Of a stretch of 64,000 bases of DNA, positions 50,964 to 59,939 are shown piece by piece; position 1 is the stretch's first letter; each line of letters starts with the position of its first letter. Origin of the DNA: Candidatus Latescibacterota bacterium (GTDB taxonomy: Bacteria; Krumholzibacteriota; Krumholzibacteriia; WVZY01); the NCBI GenBank assembly GCA_963791045.1, contig CAWBQK010000001.1, positions 32,001 through 96,000 on the forward strand. Direction: 5' to 3'. The position numbers were made by a program, and so were the translations under genes. Under the pieces are notes generated by a model. The model was given only the letters and a program-made list of their open reading frames with translations. It had not been told where the DNA came from and made no database searches.

Positions 50964-52295
50964 CTAGAACGGAGCGAACGGCAGTTTGATTTTCTTGCCT
51001 TTGGTCTGGCCGCCGAGCATTTTCATCATCTTTTTCATATCTTGAAACTGTTTGAGAAGCCGGTTGACCGCCTGAACGTTGGTTCCGCTTCCCCTCGCGA
51101 TTCTTTTTCTCCTGCTTCCGTCGATTATCTGCGGGTGCGAACGCTCATCGATAGTCATCGAGTTGATAATCGCTTCCGCCTCGTCGAACTGGTTCTCGTC
51201 GATTCGAAAGCCCTTGAGAGCCGCCTTCGAGAACCCGGGAATCATCTTCATGATGTCCTCAATGGGTCCCATTTTACGAAGACGTTTTAGTTCTTCGAGA
51301 AAGTCGCCAAGCGAAAATGTCTGTTCGCGAAGCCGTTTCTCGAGCGATTCCGCCCGTTCGGCGTCAACGTCATCCTGGGCCTTTTCGATGAGGGAGAGCA
51401 TGTCCCCCATCCCGAGAATCCGTCCGGCCATTCGATCCGGGTGAAAGATCTCGAGGTCACCGAGTTTCTCGCCGACACTCGCAAACCGGATCTGCGATTG
51501 GGTGACCGCCGTCACCGAAAGCGCCGCGCCGCCGCGCGCATCGCCGTCGAGTTTTGTCAGAACGACCCCGGACACACCGAGCCGTTCCTGGAAAACCTTC
51601 GCAACGTTGACCGCTTCCTGGCCGGTCATACTGTCGAGCACGAGAAGAATTTCGTCGGGCTTTGAAAGCGACTTGAGCTCTTCGAGCTCCTTCATCATCT
51701 CGTCATCGACATGGAGTCTTCCCGCCGTGTCGAGAATCATCGTGTCGCACATCAACTCGCGGGCAGCGCTGGCGGCCCGTTCGTAGATAGCCTTTATGCT
51801 CTTCTCGCCGGCGTCACCACGCGATACCGGTATATCCACCTGTTTGCCGAGAATCTCGAGTTGTTCCGCCGCGGCCGGGCGGTAAACATCGAGCGCGACG
51901 AGAAGCGGCTTGCGCCCCTTCTTCTTGAGGTAGACACCAAGTTTCGCCGTGAATGTCGTCTTACCAGAACCCTGAAGCCCGACTATCATCACGTTGGGCA
52001 ATGCGCCCTGGAGCGCAAACGGCTTCGCCTCTCCTCCGAGAAGCGCGGCCAGCTCGTCGTGAACGATCCTTACGATCTGCTGCGCCGGTGTAAAACTTTT
52101 GGTGACTTCTTCCCCGACAGCGCGTTGTTCGATCCGGGAAACAAAGTCTTTTACAACCCGGTAATTGACATCGGCTTCAAGCAACGCGCGACGGACTTCA
52201 CGCGCCGTTTCAGCGATGTCTTTTTCCGAAATCTTTCCCCTATTTCTTAGCTTGGAAAGAATTCCGTCGAGCTTTTGGGTTAAATCAGTAAACAT
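50964..52295 (-). CDS. ffh: Signal recognition particle protein
   Basis: ALLEADV, GLQGSGKTT, DTAGR, TKLDGDARGGA, SRRKRIARGSG. Confidence 0.98.
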   Translation of the reverse strand: MFTDLTQKLDGILSKLRNRGKISEKDIAETAREVRRALLEADVNYRVVKDFVSRIEQRAVGEEVTKSFTPAQQIVRIVHDELAALLGGEAKPFALQGALPNVMIVGLQGSGKTTFTAKLGVYLKKKGRKPLLVALDVYRPAAAEQLEILGKQVDIPVSRGDAGEKSIKAIYERAASAARELMCDTMILDTAGRLHVDDEMMKELEELKSLSKPDEILLVLDSMTGQEAVNVAKVFQERLGVSGVVLTKLDGDARGGAALSVTAVTQSQIRFASVGEKLGDLEIFHPDRMAGRILGMGDMLSLIEKAQDDVDAERAESLEKRLREQTFSLGDFLEELKRLRKMGPIEDIMKMIPGFSKAALKGFRIDENQFDEAEAIINSMTIDERSHPQIIDGSRRKRIARGSGTNVQAVNRLLKQFQDMKKMMKMLGGQTKGKKIKLPFAPF

Positions 52296-52588
52296 ACTAA
52301 CCCGTGATCCATCGACCACTTGGTCCTGTTTTCTGCAAGTGATTGAAATAGAATGAAGTAGGCTAATATGCGGCTACATCATAGAATACTGAAATTTATC
52401 AGATTGAAGGGGGATTTGCAAGGATAAAAAACCTGTTAAACGGCTTGGGGTTACACGTGCGCCCCCCCGAAATCGACGGGCCGGCGGCGGGACCAAAATC
52501 TTGTTGCCCTGACGACCGCCCCGTGTGACACTCTTCGCCATCGTCCCTCACAACGAACGCCACTAGCGCACTTTACGAGATTATTTGT

Positions 52589-54040
52589 ATGAAACACAAG
52601 CACCTCGCCGCGGCGATCCTTCTGACCCTTGCCCTCCAGACTCTTTTTGGAGTATTGGACCGGGCCCCCGATTTCGACGAGGGAATCTATCTCAACTTCG
52701 CGCGAACGATTCACCAGAACTATTTCCCCGTCGCGCCTCATCACCCGGATGAGCCATTTTTCCGCCATCCGCCGCTCCACTATTACATAGTGTCGTTGAG
52801 TACAGCGATATTCGGTGACTCGCTCCCCGGTGCGCGGGCAGGCGTATCGATCCTGTCGATCGTACTTCTCCTGGTTTTCTACCGGTGGGTACTGAGCTTC
52901 GCCCCACGTGCGGCGGGTTGGGCGGTGATTCTGCTCGCAGTCAACCCCGCGTTCCTTTTTTACGCCCATTCTGCTTACATGGAAATCACCGTCGCGTTGT
53001 TCGCCCTCCTCGCAATTCGAGAACTTTCTGGCGAAGAGTCCGGACGCCGCTATATTCGCGCGGGAATTTTTCTCGGGCTCGCATTTGTGACGAAGTATTA
53101 CTCGGTCACCCTTGCAGCCGCGATCGGCCTTTATTTTGTTTACGCGTACGGGCTTCGGTTTCTCTCCAACGGACGCTGGACGGTTTTTGCGATCGCCGCT
53201 CTGGTACTCGGCGGGTGGTTTGGCGCGGGGTACCTTATCGACAGCGCATCGTTTGTGGCACAAACAAGGTCGTGGTTCGATGCGTCGTCGGAATCGGTGG
53301 CATCGTGGCGTTCGGTAAACAGCGTCAAATACGGTCTCGAACTTGCCGGAGTTATCACCCCCGTCGTCGCCGCGTTGGGTCTCTATGGCGTCATGCGCCG
53401 GACGGGCTGGACACCGGCGTTTATGCGCCAACACCACCACGGAGTGGCAGCTGTTTTCGTCCTCTGCCATGTCTTGTATCTCGCGGCGACGCCCATCAAG
53501 GACATCAAGTACTGCGTGCCGATTTTGCCGCTTCTTTGTGTCTACGCCGTGCTTGCGCTCGAACCAATGCGCTCTCGGCGCTGGCTCCCCGCCGTAGCGG
53601 TTTTCGTTTTTCTTTTCACCTCCACGCCGGCGGCCTGGTTTCCCAATCCGATAGACCGGTCGTGGCAAGCAAACATCTACGTATTCAGTCTCCAGCGCGA
53701 CAAGGAATACAGAAATTACAGACTGGCCGGGGAGTTCATCCGTGACACCGCCGAACGGGGCGCATGGGTCGTGTCGTCGGAACGCGCCGCCATCGTCGGT
53801 TACTACGCGAGAACCAGCTACAGGGATTTGTGGTGGGAAAAAGACGGGGAGACACTGACGGAGAGGCTTTCGCAGGCGCCCTATGTCGTTCTCAACGACA
53901 ACTCGCCCTATTTCAAGGGCGCGAACAAGGAACTGGCCGAATCATACGTGAGGGCGCATTTCGATCGGGTCGCCGACTTTGAGGGGGAGACTATCAACCT
54001 GTCGGTGTGGAAACACGCGAACAAAAGCCTGCTGGACTAA
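52589..54040 (+). CDS. ArnT/PMT-like membrane glycosyltransferase (GT-C)
   Basis: FDEGIY, HPPLHY, multiple TM helices, LAFVTKY. Confidence 0.85.
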   Translation: MKHKHLAAAILLTLALQTLFGVLDRAPDFDEGIYLNFARTIHQNYFPVAPHHPDEPFFRHPPLHYYIVSLSTAIFGDSLPGARAGVSILSIVLLLVFYRWVLSFAPRAAGWAVILLAVNPAFLFYAHSAYMEITVALFALLAIRELSGEESGRRYIRAGIFLGLAFVTKYYSVTLAAAIGLYFVYAYGLRFLSNGRWTVFAIAALVLGGWFGAGYLIDSASFVAQTRSWFDASSESVASWRSVNSVKYGLELAGVITPVVAALGLYGVMRRTGWTPAFMRQHHHGVAAVFVLCHVLYLAATPIKDIKYCVPILPLLCVYAVLALEPMRSRRWLPAVAVFVFLFTSTPAAWFPNPIDRSWQANIYVFSLQRDKEYRNYRLAGEFIRDTAERGAWVVSSERAAIVGYYARTSYRDLWWEKDGETLTERLSQAPYVVLNDNSPYFKGANKELAESYVRAHFDRVADFEGETINLSVWKHANKSLLD

Positions 54041-54043
54041 TTT

Positions 54044-54693
54044 CTATTTTGCCTCTCGAATAACGCGTATCGCCTCGGCATAATCGGGCTTCTTGAAAAC
54101 CGCAGAACCGGCAACGAGGATATCGGCGCCGGCATCGAGCGCCTGCGGCGCCGTCGAGGACGTAATCCCGCCATCGATTTCAATCGCGAAATCCAATCCC
54201 TCTTTCTCGCGAATCTCACAGGCTCGCACTATTTTTGGGAGAACTTCGGGCATGAACGACTGACCGGCATAACCGGGAAATACGCTCATGACGAGAAGCA
54301 TATCGATCGCATCAAAATAACCGGACACCTTGTCGATATCGGTGTCGGGATTGAGCGTGATCCCGGCCTTTTTCCCATTGTCGCGAATCAATTTGAGATC
54401 GCGTTCTATATCCGTGCTGGCCTCTATGTGAACCGTGATGATATCCGATCCTGCCTCGGCAAACTCGGAAATATACTTATCGGGATTTTCAATCATCAAG
54501 TGGGTGTCGAGCGGAAGTTCGGTCAGTTTGCGTATCGCTTTTACGATCATGGGGCCAAACGTGATCACCGGCACAAAATGCCCATCCATCACGTCGAGAT
54601 GCATGATATCCGCACCGGCGCTTTCCGCCGCGCTTACTTCATTCGCGAGTACGGAAAAATCCGCGGACAGCACGCTCGGCGCTATGGCAACAT
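54044..54693 (-). CDS. rpe: Ribulose-phosphate 3-epimerase (start approximate)
   Basis: IAPSVLSADF, HLDVMDGHFVP, DTHLMI, IEIDGG, LVAGSAVF. Confidence 0.97.
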
Positions 54694-54704
54694 GGTTGTC
54701 TTTT

Positions 54705-55433
54705 CTAGTCGGAACCAGCCGCGACCAACTCAATCGAATCACCCTCCCTGATCATAACGCCGGGGCCCGGAGCCTGCCCAACGATAGTGTTCGGAAACAC
54801 GTCGTTTCGCGATTCATACCGGATATTGCTGATCCTGAACCCAAGAGACTCGAGTTTTTCTCTTATAAACAGGAGATCCTGTCCGTCGAGATCGGGCATC
54901 ATGAATTCGCGGGGTTTTCCACCGACACTGACGAGGACATCCACCTCGCCGCCCTCGACCACCTCGCTGCCCGGCGCCGGCGCGCACGCGATGACCTTCT
55001 CGCGCACATCCGACTCTTCGAGCACGCGGACGATCCGCCCCGTGTGAAGCTTGTTTCTGTTGAGCATCAGGCGGCCCTGCCTCAGGCTCAGCCCCTTGAT
55101 ATCGGGTATGCGTTGGGTCCGCGCTCCCAGGCTCATCACCACGGATACGGTTCTTCCCTCTTTGACCGTTTCGTCAACCCGTGGGCGCTGAGAAATCACG
55201 TACCCTTCGGGTATCTCGGTGTGGTACTCGCGGCGTTCAACCCGGATATTGAGCGACACGCGTTCGAGGAACTTGTCCGCCTGTTGTTCGCTCATTTGTC
55301 TGACATCCGGCACGATCACCGTGGCTCGCTGATGAATCAATAGCGGCATCACCACAAAATTCATCAGGACCGCTCCGAGAACGAATACACCGAGTACCGT
55401 GAGTATGGTTATGCCGATTGATTTGAGTTTCAT
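54705..55433 (-). CDS. PASTA-domain membrane protein
   Basis: N-terminal TM then three repeats VPDVRQM / IPDIKGL / MPDLDG with VISQ.P motifs. Confidence 0.9.
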   Translation of the reverse strand: MKLKSIGITILTVLGVFVLGAVLMNFVVMPLLIHQRATVIVPDVRQMSEQQADKFLERVSLNIRVERREYHTEIPEGYVISQRPRVDETVKEGRTVSVVMSLGARTQRIPDIKGLSLRQGRLMLNRNKLHTGRIVRVLEESDVREKVIACAPAPGSEVVEGGEVDVLVSVGGKPREFMMPDLDGQDLLFIREKLESLGFRISNIRYESRNDVFPNTIVGQAPGPGVMIREGDSIELVAAGSD

Positions 55434-55483
55434 AATCCCCGTCCGTGCATTCCTGTTTGACGACAGTGCAACAGTATACGCAA

Positions 55484-56428
55484 TCAGCCGATCCGGTCAC
55501 CCTCTTTTATCCGGTATCCCGAGAGAAATGCCTTCGCGGGCATTTCCTTCTTGCCCTCCACCTTGACGGCCCGGATTTCGAGGCCTCCCTCACCGGTCCC
55601 GACCACGAGCGGCGCGGTCGAAAAGACGATTCCAGGCGCCGCGCCCTCCGTCGGCACCGCGCACGCCTCAAGGATAATCAGCCGCTTCCCCATTAGCGAG
55701 GTGAAAGCCGCCGGCCAGGGAAGCATCGCGCGAATCTGTCTGGAAATCTCCTCCGCGCCGGCCGTCCAATCGATTGCCCCGTGCTCCTTTTTGATCCTTT
55801 TTGTGTGCGATGCGCTGTCGCCGTCCTGCGGGCGGGGCTCTACGCGCCCGCTGCGGATTTCTCTAAGTGTTTTTACAACGAGCGGGGCCCCGAGTTCGGC
55901 AAGTTTTTGTTCGAGCGAACCGGCGGTGTCGTCCGGTGCGATCTCCAGCGATTCCGCGAGCAGCATGTCACCCGTGTCGACGCCCTCATCCATCATCATC
56001 GTTGTACACCCCGTGCGCACGTCACCCGACAGGATCGCCGTCTGAATCGGCGACATCCCGCGGTACATGGGCAGCAGCGACGCGTGCAAGTTCACACATC
56101 CGCTGCTGGGAATATCGAGGAGATCTTTTTTTAGAATCACGCCAAACGAAGCAACGACGACAAAGTCGGGACGAAGCCCGGCGATCCTGCCGACGACATC
56201 AGGGTAGTCTTTCCTGGTCATCGCCACAACGGGAAGCCCGTGCTCTACGGCATACGCCTTAACCGCCGTCGGAAGGAGTTTTTTCCCGCGGCCCTTGGGG
56301 CGATCGGGTTGTGTGACGACAAAAACGAGCTCCATATCCGGGGCGGATACAAGAGCGTCCAGAGTCGCCACGGCGAACTCTGGACTACCCATAAAAACAA
56401 CCCTTAGCGTCTGATCCGCCAACCCCAC
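55484..56428 (-). CDS. fmt: Methionyl-tRNA formyltransferase
   Basis: FMGSPEFA, TQPDRPKGRG, NLHASLLP.YRG..PI, MDEGVDTGD. Confidence 0.97.
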   Translation of the reverse strand: MGLADQTLRVVFMGSPEFAVATLDALVSAPDMELVFVVTQPDRPKGRGKKLLPTAVKAYAVEHGLPVVAMTRKDYPDVVGRIAGLRPDFVVVASFGVILKKDLLDIPSSGCVNLHASLLPMYRGMSPIQTAILSGDVRTGCTTMMMDEGVDTGDMLLAESLEIAPDDTAGSLEQKLAELGAPLVVKTLREIRSGRVEPRPQDGDSASHTKRIKKEHGAIDWTAGAEEISRQIRAMLPWPAAFTSLMGKRLIILEACAVPTEGAAPGIVFSTAPLVVGTGEGGLEIRAVKVEGKKEMPAKAFLSGYRIKEGDRIG

Positions 56429-56440
56429 AACTCCAATCGG

Positions 56441-56965
56441 CTAAAATCGGTGCTCGGACTGTGAGATCTGTTTGAGCTTGTTTTTTAGAATGCTCTTCTG
56501 CGCACTGGAGAGGTAATCGATAAACAACACACCGTTGATGTGGTCGATTTCATGCTGAAGAATCCGGCCAAAGAGCTTGTTATTGCGAATCGTCTGTGTG
56601 TTGCCGTCGAGATCCTGGTATTCTATTTCGACTTCCCGCGCACGAAGCACGGACGCCGTAATCCCCGGAATACTCAGACAGCCTTCCTCGAACGACCATG
56701 TTTCTTTTGATTTCTCGACAACCTTCGGGTTTACAAGAACCATGGCCGGCGCGTCGTCGTCATCGATGTCTTCCATCGCGAGCGCGACGATAAGGCGAAT
56801 ACTCTCGCCCACCTGGGGCGCGGCCAGGCCGATCCCGCGTTCGATCCGCATGGTTTCGATCATCGATTCGGCAAACTCGCGCAGTTCATCGTCGAACACA
56901 TCGATGGGTTTACCCGTCTCACGAAGAACCGGGTCACCGTAATATCTCAGCAATAAATGTTTCAT
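56441..56965 (-). CDS. def: Peptide deformylase
   Basis: GIGLAAPQVG, EGCLSIP, QHEIDH. Confidence 0.98.
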   Translation of the reverse strand: MKHLLLRYYGDPVLRETGKPIDVFDDELREFAESMIETMRIERGIGLAAPQVGESIRLIVALAMEDIDDDDAPAMVLVNPKVVEKSKETWSFEEGCLSIPGITASVLRAREVEIEYQDLDGNTQTIRNNKLFGRILQHEIDHINGVLFIDYLSSAQKSILKNKLKQISQSEHRF

Positions 56966-57022
56966 GTTGATTCCTCCAGCGGGGGCGCTCCTGCTCGTTC
57001 CACCCTCCCGCCGGCCATCCCT

Positions 57023-57331
57023 TTAATCGGTTTTCGTCACCACCGTCGAAACGGCGTTTTTGACGACCTCGATCTTGACGTTCTCGTCGATCTTGAGGAC
57101 AACGATATCGTCTTTGATACCAACGACCGTCCCAAAGATTCCACCGCTCGTCATGACCCTGTCACCCTTCTTCAGCGCTTCGATCATCTTTTTGAGCGCT
57201 TTTTGTTTTTTCTGTTGGGGCCGGATTAGAATAAAATAAAAAATTGCGAATGTCGCAAGTATCACGAACAACAACGGCAGCTGCGACGGACCGCTTCCCG
57301 AACCACCCGCGGCGAACAAAATCGAGTTCAT
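57023..57331 (-). CDS. yajC: Preprotein translocase subunit YajC
   Basis: FYFILIRPQQKKQK, LKKGDRVMTSGGIFG. Confidence 0.96.
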   Translation of the reverse strand: MNSILFAAGGSGSGPSQLPLLFVILATFAIFYFILIRPQQKKQKALKKMIEALKKGDRVMTSGGIFGTVVGIKDDIVVLKIDENVKIEVVKNAVSTVVTKTD

Positions 57332-57371
57332 CGCGCCTCCTTAGTGAAAAATAAAATAGTGAATACCTCTC

Positions 57372-58517
57372 TCATGCGCCTTCAATCGCGCCCCCCAGGG
57401 AATTATACTGTTCGATAAACCCAACTCGCCATCTCGCGAATTCGTCACGCTCGATGGCCTCGCGCATCTCCTGCATCAAGTGACAATAATAATAGAGACT
57501 GTGACATGTCGCAAGCACCGGCCCAAGTATTTCTCCGGCCTGAAAGATGTGGCGGAGATACGCCCTGGAGAAATTCTGGCAGGTATAGCACCCGCAATTG
57601 TCATCGATCGGCGACGAATCCCGCTTGTGAGCGGCATTTTTGAGAACAACTTTGCCGTTAGACGTAAAGACGGTGCCGTTCCTCGCGTTTCGGGTTGGCA
57701 TCACGCAATCGAACATGTCCACTCCGCGAGCCACGCCCTCCACCAGATCCACCGGTGTCCCCATACCCATCATGTAACGCGGTTTATCCTCGGGGAGCTC
57801 CTCGGCCACATAACCGGTTAGCTCCCAGGTACGCGCCCTCTCTTCTCCGACGGCGAGCCCGCCGATGGCATATCCAGGGAAATCAATCTCGAGAATCTCC
57901 CGGCGCGAACGGTCCCGCAAATCCTCGTATGTCGATCCCTGGACGATCCCGAATATCACCCTTTCGTACCCATTCCGCTCGAAACGCGTCCCGTAGACGT
58001 CCGCTCCACGCCGCGCCCAATCCGAGGTCAGTTCCACCGCTCGCTCCGCTTCAGCCCGATCGCACGGAAACTCGGTGCAGTAATCAAAGCTCATTATGAT
58101 GTCCGCGCCGAGCCGGGCCTGGTCCTCGATCGCGCTCTCCGGCGTAAAGAGATGGAGCGATCCGTCGATGTGCGACTGAAAGGTGATTCCCTCCGGTGTG
58201 ATCTTGCGGAGGTCGGCAAGGCTCATCGCCTGAAACCCGCCGCTGTCCGTGAGAATCGGCTTGTCCCAACTCATGAAATGATGAAGCCCCCCAAACTCGT
58301 CGATGAGCCCGGAACCGGGCCTGAGCACGAGATGGTAGGTATTGGCCAGAATGATCTGAGCGCCGATTTCGGTGAGCATCCGCGGCGTGATCGATTTGAC
58401 CGCGGCTTGCGTTCCCACGGGCATAAACACCGGCGTACGGATATCCCCGTGGTCGGTCCGGAGAAGACCCGCGCGAGCTTTACCGCTCGTTTTTTGGCAA
58501 TCGAATGAAAACGGCAT
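57372..58517 (-). CDS. tgt: Queuine tRNA-ribosyltransferase
   Basis: TPVFMPVGT, NTYHL, LTDSGGFQ, GIVQG, PRYMMG, DMFDCVMPTRNARNG, CxCxxC zinc site. Confidence 0.98.
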   Translation of the reverse strand: MPFSFDCQKTSGKARAGLLRTDHGDIRTPVFMPVGTQAAVKSITPRMLTEIGAQIILANTYHLVLRPGSGLIDEFGGLHHFMSWDKPILTDSGGFQAMSLADLRKITPEGITFQSHIDGSLHLFTPESAIEDQARLGADIIMSFDYCTEFPCDRAEAERAVELTSDWARRGADVYGTRFERNGYERVIFGIVQGSTYEDLRDRSRREILEIDFPGYAIGGLAVGEERARTWELTGYVAEELPEDKPRYMMGMGTPVDLVEGVARGVDMFDCVMPTRNARNGTVFTSNGKVVLKNAAHKRDSSPIDDNCGCYTCQNFSRAYLRHIFQAGEILGPVLATCHSLYYYCHLMQEMREAIERDEFARWRVGFIEQYNSLGGAIEGA

Positions 58518-58619
58518 TTCGGCAATCTATCAATCGTTGAGGGACATGTCAGCAGAAAACTGGTCGCGGTCTCTCACGCAGGCGAACGGTGATCGAAATC
58601 CATTTCGTTCGCGGACGGT

Positions 58620-59921
58620 TCAACGGATGTAACCGAGACTCCTGAGCTTTTTGTTAAGTTCGGCGTCAACTTTGACTTCTCGCGCCGGCGGGGTGGGCCC
58701 GGCGAAATGATTGGCGAGGAGCCCAATGAGTTCCTTCGCCCGCGGGCTGGCGTCGGTGTAGAGATTATGTTTTTCTTCCGGGTCGGCCGCGAGGTCGAAC
58801 ATAAAGATCCCCGGCTCGACATTCAGGACCCGCGAGTAGGTTCCGCGGCTTGTCATCGGAATCATCGCCGTGTCGGCCAATTCCACGATGAAGAGCTTGT
58901 CATTGCCGTCGATGACACCGCGCTGAATCCACGGGGGAGGCCGGTCGCGTTCGAAAAACACGGGACCCGAGTCCGCCGTGCCGGCAAATAGATCCTTGCC
59001 GGGAAAGCCGTTGTCCACCGGGAGTCCGGCGAGACCAAGGATCGTTGGAACAAAATCAATTTGCTCGACTACTGTTTTTCTCGTACCCGGTTCGAGACCG
59101 GGGGCTTTTATAACGAGTGGGGTCCGAAGCGTTTCTTCGTAGAGCGTATAGTGATAGTGTCCGCCGTGTTCTTCGAACTCCTCACCGTGATCGGATGTAA
59201 ATACGATTATCGTATTGTCGTAAAGCCCTCTCTTCTTGAGTTCGCCGAGAAGCCTCGCGATTTGTCTGTCCGTGTATCCGATTTCCTGATCGTACCTGTC
59301 GAGCTCCGAAATTCCAAAGCTCGCCCACTCGCCGTGTTTCAAATAGGCGAAGTGCGGATCGAAGTAATGAACCCACATAAAAAACGGCTTTTCGGTCTCA
59401 GAGAGAGCATTGATAGCCAGGTCGGTGAGCGGTTTGGCTGTGGCGACATCGTGGGGATGCCCCACGTTCAAGACCGAATAATCGTATGACTTGAAACCGT
59501 CGGCGAGACCGTACTCGGGTTTGAGTATCAAGTGACTCACATAGGCGCGGGTGTCATAACCCGCCCCTTTGAGGATGCCGGCAAGCGTGGGTAGATTGGG
59601 AGCCACCGACCAGTGGAAGTCCGTCGCCCCGTGCTCTCTCGGGTGCCGGCCGGTGAATATCGTAGCCATCGACGGGAGCGTCCATCCGGACACACTGTAT
59701 ACGTTCTCAAAGAGAACGCCTTCGGAGGCGAGCTTGTCGACGGTGGGACTTGTCGGACGCGTATTCCCGTAACACCCCAACCGATCCGGACGGAGTGTGT
59801 CGACACATATAAAAAGCACGTTGGGCTGTTTCGGCTCCGAGCACCCGGCGAAAAACAACACGGCGGCCGCCGCCAGAACGGAGAACGTAATCAACAAAAG
59901 TATTGTTCGCACGGCTTTCAC
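58620..59921 (-). CDS. Sulfatase-like (alkaline phosphatase superfamily) lipoprotein
   Basis: Lipobox FAG-C; NVLFICVDTLRPD, WTLPSMATIFTG, HYFDPH, TSDHGEEF, C-terminal LRSLGY. Confidence 0.88.
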   Translation of the reverse strand: MKAVRTILLLITFSVLAAAAVLFFAGCSEPKQPNVLFICVDTLRPDRLGCYGNTRPTSPTVDKLASEGVLFENVYSVSGWTLPSMATIFTGRHPREHGATDFHWSVAPNLPTLAGILKGAGYDTRAYVSHLILKPEYGLADGFKSYDYSVLNVGHPHDVATAKPLTDLAINALSETEKPFFMWVHYFDPHFAYLKHGEWASFGISELDRYDQEIGYTDRQIARLLGELKKRGLYDNTIIVFTSDHGEEFEEHGGHYHYTLYEETLRTPLVIKAPGLEPGTRKTVVEQIDFVPTILGLAGLPVDNGFPGKDLFAGTADSGPVFFERDRPPPWIQRGVIDGNDKLFIVELADTAMIPMTSRGTYSRVLNVEPGIFMFDLAADPEEKHNLYTDASPRAKELIGLLANHFAGPTPPAREVKVDAELNKKLRSLGYIR

Positions 59922-59939
59922 AAGAAATCACTTCACACG

